64,000 bases of DNA from Candidatus Aldehydirespirator catecholifindens (GTDB lineage: Bacteria; Actinomycetota; Acidimicrobiia; Acidimicrobiales; Aldehydirespiratoraceae). Position numbers and translations under genes: made by a program. The stretch lies in the NCBI GenBank assembly GCA_028283245.1, contig JAPYNU010000065.1, positions 15,302 through 79,301 on the forward strand, given 5' to 3'. This document shows, piece after piece, positions 1 through 10,246 of this stretch (the first letter of the stretch is position 1; each line of letters begins with the position of its first letter). The notes below the pieces were generated by a model. The model saw only the letters and a program-made list of their open reading frames with translations. It was not told the DNA's origin and did no database searches.

Positions 1-1192
1 GCCGGTCGTTGGAAAACATTTCAATGATCGGCTCGTCGAGCTCAAGGCGACGTTGCAGCTTCTTGACCACCAGTTCCTCATCCCATAACGAAAGGGTCAC
101 TACCACCCCAGACTCGCCAGCTCGGGCAGTGCGTCCTGCGCGATGGACGTAAGTCTTGTGGTCAGACGGGGGGTCATATTGCAACACAACATCTACGTCA
201 TCAACATGAATGCCTCGGGCTGCCACGTCAGTGGCGACCAGAACCGGAAGCCTGCCTGAGATGAACTGCCGCAAAGACTTCTCTCGCGCGCTCTGACGCA
301 GGTCACCGTGAATGGGTGCTGCTTTGACGCCTTCGCGCAGCAGATCACGAGCCAGACGATCAGCGGCTGCTTTGGTGCGTGTAAAAATCATGGTGCGTCG
401 TGCTTGGGCAGCTATAGCCGCCGCCACCTTGACTTTGTCCATCTTGTGGACGGCAACGAAATGGTGAACCATCTCGGCTACAGCAACTTCTGGTGAAGTG
501 ACCGAATGCATAGCCGGTTCGGTCTGATAACGACTGATCAGCGAGTCAACGGCACCGTCAAGGGTTGCTGAGAACAGCAGCGTCTGATGACCACTTTCGA
601 CATTGCGTAGTATCCATTCAACCTGCGGCAGGAACCCCATATCAGCCATGCGATCCGCTTCGTCGACCACCACATGGCGCACCGCGCTCAGTTTCACTAC
701 TTCCCGCTCGATCAGGTCGATCATCCGCCCAGGAGTGGCGACTACCAGATCTACTCCCGCTGCCAATTTGTTGATCTGCTTGTCGATAGGAGCGCCGCCG
801 TAAGTAGCGAGCACACGCTTTTTGACAGCCGCAGCAGGCGCAGCTAACTCATCGCAGATCTGATTAGCGAGTTCTCGGGTGGGTGCAAGCACCAAGCCGG
901 TGGGTGATCCAGGCTTAGCGGTGTCCATCTGCTGCAGTATCGGAAGGCCGAAGGCAAGTGTCTTACCAGAACCGGTTTTGGCTTTGCCGCACACGTCACG
1001 CCCGCTGAGAGCATCTGGAACAGTAAGCGTCTGGATCGGAAACGGAGCGGTAATTCCCCGAGCTTTCAGCGCTGTGACGATCTCGTCACACAAACCTAAG
1101 TCAGCGAAGCTTCGGCGTCGGGATGCAGCAGGCAGACGGTCAATGTTCAGAACCCTTTGCGAATCAGAAATGTGAGTATCAGAAATAGGCAT
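1..1192 (-). CDS. DEAD-box ATP-dependent RNA helicase, partial (C-terminus runs off the left edge)
   Basis: Absent from the ORF track because no stop codon lies inside the window. My reverse-strand translation from the ATG at 1192-1190 gives MPISDTHIS...FADLGLCDEIVTALKARGITAPFPIQ...GKAKTGSGKTLAFGLPIL...LVLAPTRELANQI, then VVDEADRMADMGF, then near the edge TDVAARGIHVDDV and HRAGRTARAG. These are the Q motif and motifs I, Ia, II (DEAD), V and VI. The frame stays open to base 1. Confidence 0.85.
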   Translation of the reverse strand, partial: MPISDTHISDSQRVLNIDRLPAASRRRSFADLGLCDEIVTALKARGITAPFPIQTLTVPDALSGRDVCGKAKTGSGKTLAFGLPILQQMDTAKPGSPTGLVLAPTRELANQICDELAAPAAAVKKRVLATYGGAPIDKQINKLAAGVDLVVATPGRMIDLIEREVVKLSAVRHVVVDEADRMADMGFLPQVEWILRNVESGHQTLLFSATLDGAVDSLISRYQTEPAMHSVTSPEVAVAEMVHHFVAVHKMDKVKVAAAIAAQARRTMIFTRTKAAADRLARDLLREGVKAAPIHGDLRQSAREKSLRQFISGRLPVLVATDVAARGIHVDDVDVVLQYDPPSDHKTYVHRAGRTARAGESGVVVTLSLWDEELVVKKLQRRLELDEPIIEMFSNDR

Positions 1193-1219
1193 ACATACTT
1201 CAGACTAGCCTTCGAGACG

Positions 1220-2341
1220 ATGAATTCTACGAACAATTCAGACCTCAGAACTGACGACAGCGCTGTTACCCCAGAACTGATCCGTCGCGCCCCGAAAGTG
1301 CTCCTGCACGATCATCTTGACGGTGGGCTCAGACCAGAGACCATGATTGAACTAGCTGACGAGATCGGCTATCAAGATCTGCCCAGCGACGACCCCGTAG
1401 AGCTGAACACTCAGATAATGCGAGGTGCCGACCGCAAAGACCTGGCCCTGTATTTGGAGACTTTTGTTCACACGGTTGCCGTGATGCAAACCTCAGATGC
1501 CATAGCGCGCGTGGCGCGCGAATGCGCCGAGGATCTCGCTGCTGACGGCGTGGTTTACGCCGAAGTTCGTTTTGCTCCAGAACTGATGACACAGCGTAAT
1601 CTCAGCCTTGACGAAGTCATCGAAGCCGTGCTGGAAGGTTTCGCGCAGGGAAGCACCGGCACCGCACTGACGATTCGGGCTATCTGTTGTGCAATGCGAC
1701 ATCTTGACCGATCGCTCGAAGCCGCCGAGGCTGCGGTCCGTTGGCGCGATCGCGGGGTGCTGGCTTTTGATATAGCTGGACCCGAGAAGGGCTTCCCTCC
1801 CGACGATCATCTGGCCGCGTTTCAGCATTGTCGCCGCGAGAACTTCGGTATCACCATTCACGCAGGCGAAGCAGACGGCACCGAATCGATCTGGAAGGCT
1901 CTGCAGTTCTGCGGCGCTGAGCGCTTAGGTCACGGGGTTCGCATCATCGAAGACATTGCTGTTGCAGACGACGGTGACCATCGGCTAGGGCAACTCGCTC
2001 AATACATTAGAGATCGCGGCGTTGCGTTGGAGTTGTGCCCCACTTCCAACATCAACACCGGGGTCTATGACACGATTGCTCTGCATCCTGTGAAGACTCT
2101 TTTTGATCTGCGGTTCTGTGTGACTATCAACACCGACAACCGGCTGATGTCGGGCGTGTCGCTGACATCGGAGTTAGCTGCCTTGGTTGAAACATTCGGA
2201 TTCGGCTGGGCTCAGCTTCGCGAGCTTGCTGTCAACGCCGCCGAATCAAGTTTTTTGCCTCTGCCGGATCGGGTCAACCTGATAAACACTGTCATATTGC
2301 CTGGCTATGCTGAACTCACTGGGGAGCAGGCACCCGCCTAG
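1220..2341 (+). CDS. add: adenosine deaminase
   Basis: The ORF 1157..2341 contains LLHDHLDGGLRP, VVYAEVRFAP, ITIHAGE and TINTDNRLMSG, which are metal-dependent adenosine deaminase signatures. I prefer the internal ATG at 1220 (MNSTNN...) because the 1157 start overlaps the helicase start. Confidence 0.9.
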   Translation: MNSTNNSDLRTDDSAVTPELIRRAPKVLLHDHLDGGLRPETMIELADEIGYQDLPSDDPVELNTQIMRGADRKDLALYLETFVHTVAVMQTSDAIARVARECAEDLAADGVVYAEVRFAPELMTQRNLSLDEVIEAVLEGFAQGSTGTALTIRAICCAMRHLDRSLEAAEAAVRWRDRGVLAFDIAGPEKGFPPDDHLAAFQHCRRENFGITIHAGEADGTESIWKALQFCGAERLGHGVRIIEDIAVADDGDHRLGQLAQYIRDRGVALELCPTSNINTGVYDTIALHPVKTLFDLRFCVTINTDNRLMSGVSLTSELAALVETFGFGWAQLRELAVNAAESSFLPLPDRVNLINTVILPGYAELTGEQAPA

Positions 2342-2390
2342 CGCCACACCGCTTCGCAACAGCCCACGAAAGCACCTTGAGGAATACACA

Positions 2391-5300
2391 ATGAACCTGA
2401 CTCGTCTCGCCTTGATACGCCGCAGTGTCGTTCTGCTGGCCGGTTTCGCCCTTGCGGCGTCGCTTTTTGCACCGGCGACAGCGGCACAATCGCAGAGCCC
2501 TCAAACGACATCAACAGTTGACGATGCCGGAGTTCATCAGGCAGCCGTGGACGCTCTGCGAAATCTTGAAGGAAATGAGATATTCGCAGGCACTGGATGT
2601 CCCGACAGCGAAGACTTCTGTCCGCATGAGCCGCTGCTTCGCTGGGAGATGGCGGTGTGGCTGGTAAGAAGCTTCGACCGTTTCGCCCCTAGTGCCATTG
2701 ACACTTCACGCTTTGCCGACGTTGACCCTGCCGACTGGTGGGCACCGTATGCAGAGCGGCTGGCTGACATGGGTTTTGTTGCTCCCTGCAAAGACGAACC
2801 GCTGAGCTTCTGCGGCGAAGAAACGATGACCCGTGGTGAGGCAGCTTCGGTTTTGGTGAAAGCCTTGAAGCTTGGCCCGCCGGAAAGATACTGGTTCACC
2901 GATGTCAACTCCGAACATCCCTATGAGAACGACATCAGCCGACTAGCCAACGCCAGACTCACCGCAGGATGCAAAACCTCGCCCGCGCGCTTTTGTCCCG
3001 ATCACAACATCACCCGAGGCCAGATGTCATCGTTTCTGGCTTCGGCTCGTCGCCTAGTACCGCGACCGGGGCGCATTGATGCCACCTCCTACACCCCTGC
3101 TCAGGACTCCTCCCTGCTGCCGGTGGACAGCGAAGTCGTGGTAGGCACTCTCGACAACGGCCTTACCTATTATTTGCGCCACAACGACAGCCCTGGGCAG
3201 AACCTGTCGGTGCGGCTCGTGATTAATGCCGGATCCATCAACGAAACCGACTCCGAAGCTGGCATCGCACACTTCGTGGAGCACATGCTCTTCAATGGCA
3301 CTACCGAATTTCCTGGCTTGTCGCTTGGTGCAGCACTGCGCGAGATCGGCGTTGAACTCGGGCCTGATGTCAACGCCTATGTAAGCCACGACGAGACCGT
3401 CTATCAGGTTGATGTGCGCCTAGACGACGAAAGCAATGCTCCTCTGGTGTTCCGTGCTCTGTCGCAGATGGCAAGCTCAGCCACTTTCACGCCTGAAGCG
3501 GTTGACTCTGAACGAGGTGTGATCCTTGATGAGATGCGCTTGGCTGTGGCGAGCCTTAATGGTTTTGTTGGCCGAGAGTTCGACAAGATCTACACGCGTG
3601 GCACTCCTTATGAGGGTCACGACCCGATCGGTACCTTTGAAAGCGTAAGTTCGTTCACCGCTGAAGATCTGCGTGCCTTTTACAACAAGTGGTACCTACC
3701 GGCGAACATGGCTGTCGTGGCTGTTGGCGACATGGAAATCCCAGAACTCCGAAGCCTTGTGCAAGAGCACTTCGGGCCGCTTGCGGCGAGCCCTGGTCGC
3801 GACGCATCAAACATCGAGATCACACCCGACTCGCAATCCTCCTCGCATGTGATCCTTGACCCGCGGCACAATTACTCCTACATCTCTCTTGACATACCCA
3901 TCGCCACCCATGACCCGTCCACCGTTGGTGGAGACCGGCTCTACACCATGGAGACACTCATTGAGTTGATGATCTCGAACCGTCTCAACGATGCCTACCA
4001 GCGAGGCGAACTCTCGCAGGTAGACCCGCCGTCGTTCTCCTCGTTTTCCTACAACCGAGGTCTGCGCTACTACGCCACGAACTGGCAGGGAGACAACCTC
4101 GATACGGCATCCACCGACTATCTGAATGTGTTGCTCACAGCTCAAGAGCATGGATTCACCGACGGCGACCTGAAAAGAGCCATTGACACGCTGGTAGCGG
4201 CTCTGGAGTTCGAACTACAGAGCGCGGCCACCACCCAAGACGGTGAATGGGCTGCTCTGTATCAGACTCACTTCCTTGACGGTTCTGACATCAGCGATGA
4301 GGAGGCATCAGCAGCCCGAACTGTGGAACTATTGGAAGCTCTCACACCTGCTGAGTTGACTGAGCACTATCGCTGGCAGATGCAACGTGGCGGACTGCTC
4401 GCCATAGCAGTCGGCGCTGACATCGAAACAGTGCCCACTGTTGCTGAACTTGATGCTGCCTTGGCTGCAGCAGCACCCGGTCCCCCACCGCCAGAGGAGG
4501 AGGACATCACAGAACTAATGGCAGCTCCAGCACCAGTTGATCCAGTGACTCAAGGCACGCTTGAGGTTGTCGAAGGTGCCTATGAATGGACTTTCGCTAA
4601 CGGTACTCGGGTGGTGTTCGCGTCTTCAGAAATCTCCGAAAACGAAGTCAACCTTGTGGCTCGCTCACTAGGGGGATGGTCACTGCTGGAACCAGGGGGT
4701 CGGGCCATCTCGGGGATCGCCGTTGACGCAGTCAGTGGCAGCGGTCTAGGCGACTTGTCACGCTTGCAGATTAATCGTTTTCTTGCCGATCGTGCAGTCG
4801 TCGTCAACCCGGTGATCGGAGAGTCAAGCGAAGGCTTCAATGCGGCATCAAGCAGCGACGACGTTGAAACGATGTTCCAGCTCATCCATCTAATGATGAC
4901 CGCGCCTCGGGTTGACGATCGTGCTTTCGCTGATGCCATCAACACCGCCGAGGTGAGGTTGGGTCTGTCCGAAGCTAACGCTCCCTGGCAAGCAGCTGTT
5001 GCTTATTTGGAGGCTCGTTACGGCACGACCTGGCACCGCTTCGTGGCGAATAGTAGCGAGATCGCGGCGCTCACCCCAGAAAGCCTGCTTGAGGTTTACA
5101 AGAAACGCCTCAGCTCGGTGGATGACCTTACGGTGGCTGTTGTCGGCGATATTGATGCCGAAACAATCGCCAACCTCGCTACTCGCTACATCGCAACACT
5201 CCCTGCTGGAGAAGCTGATACTTACATCAATCGACAACGGAGCGCACCCACAGAGTTGCAGCAGAGACAGATCAAAGCTGCCGAAGGCGAAAGCGGAGTC

Positions 5301-5804
5301 TTAGAGATCTACTTTGAGGCCGAAATGCCGGTAACCCCGCTTACGTCAGTAGCAGCCGACGTGCTTGCGACCGCTGTTAGCGAAAGAGCTTTCTTGACAA
5401 TCCGTGAAAGTCTGGGCGCTTCATACACCGCAGGGGCCGCCGTTAGTGGCAACAGGCTCCCGCGCCACTACTTTGACTCGTCGGTCTATGCCACTTTCGA
5501 CCCGCAGCGTTTCGACGAGGTTTACACCGCAATGCTGGAGTTGCTCGCCGATGTGACCGCCAACGGAATCACTCCACAAGAGTTCGAGCAGGCTCGTGCC
5601 ATCGCTGCGTCCGATTACGCCCTAGTGCAGAACTCTCATCTGATCAGCGCGCTAATCCAACATTCTCGCTTCGGTGACGACAATGTCATTACTCAACAGA
5701 GACGCTCTGAGCTGTTGGCCGAGTTGACCCTCGCCGATGTTCAAGCTTTGACTGAAGCTCTTTACGGTGAGGATGGACGTATCGAGATCATCACTAGGCC
5801 GTGA
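2391..5804 (+). CDS. secreted M16 (pitrilysin-family) zinc peptidase with N-terminal signal peptide and three SLH-like repeats
   Basis: An HxxEH zinc motif is present (HFVEHMLFNGT). Its length fits a single-chain four-domain M16 enzyme. The signal peptide is MNLTRLALIRRSVVLLAGFALAASLFAPATAAQ. The repeats read FADVDPADWW...TRGEAASVLVKAL and FTDVNSEH...TRGQMSSFLASA. The start is set at the ATG at 2391 inside ORF 2307..5804. Confidence 0.8.
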   Translation: MNLTRLALIRRSVVLLAGFALAASLFAPATAAQSQSPQTTSTVDDAGVHQAAVDALRNLEGNEIFAGTGCPDSEDFCPHEPLLRWEMAVWLVRSFDRFAPSAIDTSRFADVDPADWWAPYAERLADMGFVAPCKDEPLSFCGEETMTRGEAASVLVKALKLGPPERYWFTDVNSEHPYENDISRLANARLTAGCKTSPARFCPDHNITRGQMSSFLASARRLVPRPGRIDATSYTPAQDSSLLPVDSEVVVGTLDNGLTYYLRHNDSPGQNLSVRLVINAGSINETDSEAGIAHFVEHMLFNGTTEFPGLSLGAALREIGVELGPDVNAYVSHDETVYQVDVRLDDESNAPLVFRALSQMASSATFTPEAVDSERGVILDEMRLAVASLNGFVGREFDKIYTRGTPYEGHDPIGTFESVSSFTAEDLRAFYNKWYLPANMAVVAVGDMEIPELRSLVQEHFGPLAASPGRDASNIEITPDSQSSSHVILDPRHNYSYISLDIPIATHDPSTVGGDRLYTMETLIELMISNRLNDAYQRGELSQVDPPSFSSFSYNRGLRYYATNWQGDNLDTASTDYLNVLLTAQEHGFTDGDLKRAIDTLVAALEFELQSAATTQDGEWAALYQTHFLDGSDISDEEASAARTVELLEALTPAELTEHYRWQMQRGGLLAIAVGADIETVPTVAELDAALAAAAPGPPPPEEEDITELMAAPAPVDPVTQGTLEVVEGAYEWTFANGTRVVFASSEISENEVNLVARSLGGWSLLEPGGRAISGIAVDAVSGSGLGDLSRLQINRFLADRAVVVNPVIGESSEGFNAASSSDDVETMFQLIHLMMTAPRVDDRAFADAINTAEVRLGLSEANAPWQAAVAYLEARYGTTWHRFVANSSEIAALTPESLLEVYKKRLSSVDDLTVAVVGDIDAETIANLATRYIATLPAGEADTYINRQRSAPTELQQRQIKAAEGESGVLEIYFEAEMPVTPLTSVAADVLATAVSERAFLTIRESLGASYTAGAAVSGNRLPRHYFDSSVYATFDPQRFDEVYTAMLELLADVTANGITPQEFEQARAIAASDYALVQNSHLISALIQHSRFGDDNVITQQRRSELLAELTLADVQALTEALYGEDGRIEIITRP

Positions 5805-6436
5805 CCGAGATCAACATCATCGAAAACGCCTTGGTGTCTGAGCGGGTCACACGGCTGAGAGCTGCTGCTACGCCTAATCCCGAATTCCGGCATCTCTTGC
5901 GTGAACTCAGCTTGATGCTGGTTTATGAGGCGATGCGACATGCACCGCTGATGCCCGTGGAGGTTACGACCCCCATGGGCCCAGCCAGCGGGACACGATT
6001 TGAGAGTCTTCCAGTGGTGGTGCCGGTGATGAGAGCCGGACTGGGAATGCTTGATGCCGCTTTGGAGTTGCTCGGCGATGTTGAGGTTGCTTTCGTGGGT
6101 TTGCGGCGCAATGAAGACACGCTGGTAGCTCGCGAATATGCCAGCACCCTGCCCGAGTCCCTTGACGGTCGCGACGCGTTGATCCTTGATCCGATGCTCG
6201 CTACTGGAGGTTCTTGCGTTCATGCCTGCGAACTGCTGCGACAAGCCGGGGCTACACGAGTAACCGCAGTGTTCGTGATCGCCGCCCCTGAAGGCATCGA
6301 GCGAGTGCGCCTCAGCGGGCTAGCAGATGCCGTGTATGTGGCAGCACTTGACGAGTCGCTCAACGATAATGGTTTCATACTTCCCGGTCTCGGTGATGCA
6401 GGCGACCGCCAGTTCGGACCTGGCTTGACTCAATAG
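5801..6436 (+). CDS. upp: uracil phosphoribosyltransferase
   Basis: 211 aa. It carries the PRPP-binding loop LILDPMLATGGS and the C-terminal GFILPGLGDAGDRQFG typical of Upp. It overlaps the upstream stop by 4 nt. Confidence 0.9.
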   Translation: MTEINIIENALVSERVTRLRAAATPNPEFRHLLRELSLMLVYEAMRHAPLMPVEVTTPMGPASGTRFESLPVVVPVMRAGLGMLDAALELLGDVEVAFVGLRRNEDTLVAREYASTLPESLDGRDALILDPMLATGGSCVHACELLRQAGATRVTAVFVIAAPEGIERVRLSGLADAVYVAALDESLNDNGFILPGLGDAGDRQFGPGLTQ

Positions 6437-6494
6437 CTTTCATGAACAATCGCAGGCAGCACTGTTTGCAGCGCTCAGCACCCTCACAAATCAA

Positions 6495-7415
6495 GTGAGC
6501 CGCCGGATCGCGGTCGCGCCGGACACACGGCCGGTTATGTATGGTGCTTTCGCCGACGCTGTGCGCGACGCAGGCGGCGAATTAGTCGAACTTTCTGAGG
6601 CTCAGGGTTTGATCTGGGCGGATCCGTATGCGGTTGACATCTACCCAGAGGTAATAGCCGCAGCCCCGTCAGTGAAATGGGTGCAACTCCCCTATGCGGG
6701 CATTGAGCCCTTTGCTGACTTTCTGGACGCACGTCTGACATGGACCTGCGCCAAAGGGGTTTACGCCGATCCGGTCGCTGAATGGGTGGTCGCGGCGCTG
6801 CTGATGGGCTTGCGCGATTTTCACCGTTTCGCTGCCGCTGACTCATGGTGCGCAGAGTCGGGCCGCAACCTGCTGGGAGCTCGCATCACCGTGCTCGGCG
6901 CAGGTGGTATCACTCGCTCGCTTATGCGACTGCTTGAGCCGTGGGGTTGCCAAGTGACAGTGGTGCGACGCCGTGAGGTGCCCTTCGCAGGCGCAGCACG
7001 AACGGTGACGCTGGCTGAGGTTCACGAAGCGGTAGCTGATGCCGATGCCGTAGTGCTGGCACTTGCACTCACCGACGAAACACGCCATGTGGTGGACGCA
7101 GCACTGCTGCAATCAATGGGGCCACAGTGCTGGCTTTTGAACGTGGCAAGAGGCGGCCACGTAGACCATGACGCACTGGCTTCTGCGTTGCGAGCTCGCA
7201 AGATCGCTGGAGCAGTGCTAGATGTGACCGACCCCGAACCACTGCCTGATGACTCAGAACTGTGGTCGCTGCCTAACTGCGTAATCACGCCCCACATTGG
7301 CAACACGCGCGAGATGGGCTTGCCTCTGATCACCGGGCGAGTACGCGAGAATGTGCGCCGTTGGCTTGCTGGCGAAGAACTGCTCGGCTTAGTTGATGTA
7401 GCTCTCGGCTACTGA
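6495..7415 (+). CDS. D-isomer-specific 2-hydroxyacid dehydrogenase family protein
   Basis: Rossmann motif VLGAGGITRSL, plus NVARGGHVDHDAL and ITPHIG, the catalytic-domain signatures of the family. Confidence 0.75.
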   Translation: MSRRIAVAPDTRPVMYGAFADAVRDAGGELVELSEAQGLIWADPYAVDIYPEVIAAAPSVKWVQLPYAGIEPFADFLDARLTWTCAKGVYADPVAEWVVAALLMGLRDFHRFAAADSWCAESGRNLLGARITVLGAGGITRSLMRLLEPWGCQVTVVRRREVPFAGAARTVTLAEVHEAVADADAVVLALALTDETRHVVDAALLQSMGPQCWLLNVARGGHVDHDALASALRARKIAGAVLDVTDPEPLPDDSELWSLPNCVITPHIGNTREMGLPLITGRVRENVRRWLAGEELLGLVDVALGY

Positions 7416-7484
7416 CCGCGCTGTTCAAGGTGTGGGTGTTAGATAGCACTGCTAACAGCAGCGGCTGGCCTCAGTCAGCGACTC

Positions 7485-8336
7485 TCAATTGAGGAGTCTT
7501 CGAAGTTCGCTCAGGCGAGGAGCTACCAAATCCGAAATGACACCAGCTCGCTCACTTGGGGGCGCTACAGCGGCTTCTCCCCAGAGCGCACGGCCAGCCA
7601 TGAACCCCGAGCAACCCGCGGACACAGCCGTTGCTACTTGATCCCGGTATGACTCAAAGCTGCCACCGCCCGACAGCAAAGTCCACGGCATATGACAGCG
7701 CTCGTTGATCTGTTGACATGCCGCTGACCACACAGCACGATCGGGCTCAAAGACCGGATCCACCGGGAAAGGAAGTTTCAGCGAGTGCGGGTCCATGGCC
7801 GCGAATCGCTTCACTGTCTCAATCACGATGTCTTGGCGCTGACCAGGGTTACTAAGCCCGTAGAAAAGCGGTTCAAGCACTAGCGGGATTCCAACCCGGC
7901 GGCACTCAGTGAGAACCTGCAAAGCCACTCGCTCCTGAGCCGCTGCGTGCTCAGCGCGGTCGGGGCGGTAAAACACAAGCAGTTTCGCGGCGGACGCTCC
8001 ACAAGCGGCTGCGGCTTCTACCGACCAGCCATGCAGGATTGCTGTTGCTGCCGTTTCGGGATCGGATGCGTAACCCTGAGCTTCTAAAGCCGCAGTGAAG
8101 CCAACACCGTCGGGCAGCGTTCCATCAAGCAGCTGCGGTATTGAATATTCGGGCTCAAGCATCACTCCAGTAGCAGCCGATGCCAGCATCGTTACCAGTT
8201 CACGCTTCAGTGCAGTGATATCGCTGGCAGCGACCGACTCCTGAGCATCAGGCGCTAAAACAGCCCGCAGAGAGTCGCGATGATCAATGGCCAACACTGC
8301 GAAGCGTCCATCATCAGAGATGCCTTCGAGGCTCAT
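7485..8336 (-). CDS. class I aldolase, DeoC/LacD family (candidate 5-dehydro-2-deoxyphosphogluconate aldolase of the iol pathway)
   Basis: AIDHRDSL, KLLVFYRP, LKLPFP, WTLLSGGGSFE and GFMAGRALW resemble LacD/YihT-type aldolases. It is the last gene of the iol operon and overlaps iolB by 4 nt. Confidence 0.6.
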   Translation of the reverse strand: MSLEGISDDGRFAVLAIDHRDSLRAVLAPDAQESVAASDITALKRELVTMLASAATGVMLEPEYSIPQLLDGTLPDGVGFTAALEAQGYASDPETAATAILHGWSVEAAAACGASAAKLLVFYRPDRAEHAAAQERVALQVLTECRRVGIPLVLEPLFYGLSNPGQRQDIVIETVKRFAAMDPHSLKLPFPVDPVFEPDRAVWSAACQQINERCHMPWTLLSGGGSFESYRDQVATAVSAGCSGFMAGRALWGEAAVAPPSERAGVISDLVAPRLSELRRLLN

Positions 8337-9193
8337 GTGACAACACCGGATGGGTCAGCACTCACAACAGGTAGTTGCCAAGCCCCTGCCTGCCAATCGG
8401 CTTCTATCCAGGTGTGCTCATCCATAAAGCATGGCGGTGTGCGACGCTCATCGTTGGAGGGTTCACCTGCCAGATAATTCAAAAAATACATGTTCGACCC
8501 AGGGCAAGCTACAGATGTGTGATAACCCTTAGGAACAAGTGCAACATCTCCATCGGTCACCACCATGGAATCGTCATAGCCCTCGTCGTGGCGCCAGTTA
8601 CGGTGAATGGCGTAACCCTCAGGCCGATCAAGACGAAAATAGTAAACCTCCTCCAGATACGGCGAGCCGTCACGTCCGTCGTGGCAGTGCGGCGGCCAGC
8701 CTGACCAAGTACCGCGTGGCACATAAACCTCATAGAGGATCAGCTTCTCAGCGGGCAAAGGATGCGCCAGAGAATGAACCACCTGACGATGCGCTTGCCC
8801 GCCACCGCGTATCTCGACACGCATCTCTGAAGGCTCAAACACTCGCACTGGATAGCATCCCTCGGCTGGTGCTGAACCGACCGCAGCACGCAGCATCGTC
8901 TCTGACTCAATTCGATAAGCCGCACCAGGCGGCAGATAAACAACTCGAGCCATCTCGCTAAACACAGAACTGCGACTCAGCTCTACCATCATGTCATCAT
9001 CAATAAAAATTCGGCCAGATCCAGCCAGCGGAACAATGGCAGTTTCGCGTTCGGATTCGGCATCGGACCACGGCGCTTCAGCAAATACCTCCACGACTGA
9101 GAACTCAACGTAGTTCCAGCCTGCTGACTCGGGTGTCACATGCAGGACGCGCCCTAACCCGTCAGTCGGGCGGATCAGAGAAGTGCTTGACAT
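8333..9193 (-). CDS. iolB: 5-deoxy-glucuronate isomerase
   Basis: 286 aa KduI/IolB-type cupin with GWPPHCHD. It sits inside the iol cluster. Confidence 0.8.
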   Translation of the reverse strand: MSSTSLIRPTDGLGRVLHVTPESAGWNYVEFSVVEVFAEAPWSDAESERETAIVPLAGSGRIFIDDDMMVELSRSSVFSEMARVVYLPPGAAYRIESETMLRAAVGSAPAEGCYPVRVFEPSEMRVEIRGGGQAHRQVVHSLAHPLPAEKLILYEVYVPRGTWSGWPPHCHDGRDGSPYLEEVYYFRLDRPEGYAIHRNWRHDEGYDDSMVVTDGDVALVPKGYHTSVACPGSNMYFLNYLAGEPSNDERRTPPCFMDEHTWIEADWQAGAWQLPVVSADPSGVVT

Positions 9194-9205
9194 TATGTCG
9201 CCTCC

Positions 9206-10174
9206 TTACACTTCTGCCAGAGCGCCGTTTGATCGCTCTTCGCGGAACCGGGATAGAAGCTCGACCACGCTTAGCGGCACATAGCCCACAATGTCACGAG
9301 TACGCTGCACGGTCAGGCTGGTGTCATAAGGTATCGGGAACCCACCAACCGCTCCTTCCCCTGTTCGGGGCGGCTCAGCAGAGTTGAGCAAAGACGCATC
9401 AAGGTCAAACACTTCGCAGGCCAGGTATGCGAGTTCCATGCGTCCCAGCGACTCAGCACCGCAGCAGTGAAACACACCAACCGCAGACTCGTTGGCCGCG
9501 ATGCGCCACATCACTTCAGCGCATTCGCTAGCCAAAGACGGTGAAGCCACCATGTTGATGTCATCGGCTTCCCAAACAGCGAACTCTTTGTCCTGCTGCA
9601 GCGCATCAACAATCGATGTGACGAAGTATCCAAACCCGGCATCTTGGCTACGAGGCGTGGAGGCACGCAGCCATTGCATACCACTCACAGCAGAAACCCG
9701 AGCAACAGCGGCTCGTTTCGCGCTCAGCAGCGCAGCCTGCTCAGAAGCCATTTTGAGCACACCATAGATGTTGATCGGGTTGGGTGGAGTGTCTTCATCA
9801 GCATCAGTCTGGGTGCCGTCGAACACCCAGTCGGTGGAAACCAGAATCAGCTTGGCTCCGACCTCGTTGGCTGCTGTGGCCAGAGTCTCGGTAGTGCCGA
9901 CATAGCTACGCCAAGCTAGGTCACGGTCTGCATACATGGCCGCGAAATCGTTGAGGATCATCGAATGAACAATGACATCAGGCCCGAACGCAGCAACGCT
10001 GGCTCGCACCCCGTCACTGTCAAGAAGGTCAAGACTTTCAGTGGTAAACATGGCGGGCTCATCAGGCACGAAACGATGGACCGGGCAATGCACCTGTGCG
10101 CTGTGACGTTCGGCGAACACCTTGACAATATTGGATCCGACGAAACCTGTGCCACCGGTCACATAAACCCGCAT
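9206..10174 (-). CDS. NAD(P)-dependent SDR, RmlD-substrate-binding-like (epimerase/reductase family)
   Basis: MRVYVTGGTGFVGSN Rossmann start, and VSTDWVFDG...PPNPINIYGVLKMASE (YxxxK region) as in dTDP-4-dehydrorhamnose reductase-like proteins. The start is set at the ATG at 10174 rather than the upstream 10228. Confidence 0.65.
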   Translation of the reverse strand: MRVYVTGGTGFVGSNIVKVFAERHSAQVHCPVHRFVPDEPAMFTTESLDLLDSDGVRASVAAFGPDVIVHSMILNDFAAMYADRDLAWRSYVGTTETLATAANEVGAKLILVSTDWVFDGTQTDADEDTPPNPINIYGVLKMASEQAALLSAKRAAVARVSAVSGMQWLRASTPRSQDAGFGYFVTSIVDALQQDKEFAVWEADDINMVASPSLASECAEVMWRIAANESAVGVFHCCGAESLGRMELAYLACEVFDLDASLLNSAEPPRTGEGAVGGFPIPYDTSLTVQRTRDIVGYVPLSVVELLSRFREERSNGALAEV

Positions 10175-10246
10175 CACCTGAACCTGCTGTAGGCAAGTCG
10201 TCTGCTGTGCAGCAGAGTCGGAGCGCAAACAGTTCTCACAGCCAGT

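Noticed and set aside
1157-1219. Upstream start codons that extend ORFs into neighbouring genes. Examples: add from 1157, the M16 peptidase from 2307, BMP from 46589, DCC from 46119, PhyH from 52291, era from 35376, and rsmI from 44603.
   Set aside because: The extensions overlap adjacent genes or lack homology-like sequence. Internal starts give canonical N-termini (signal peptide, lipobox, G1 motif) and better RBS or stop-start coupling.
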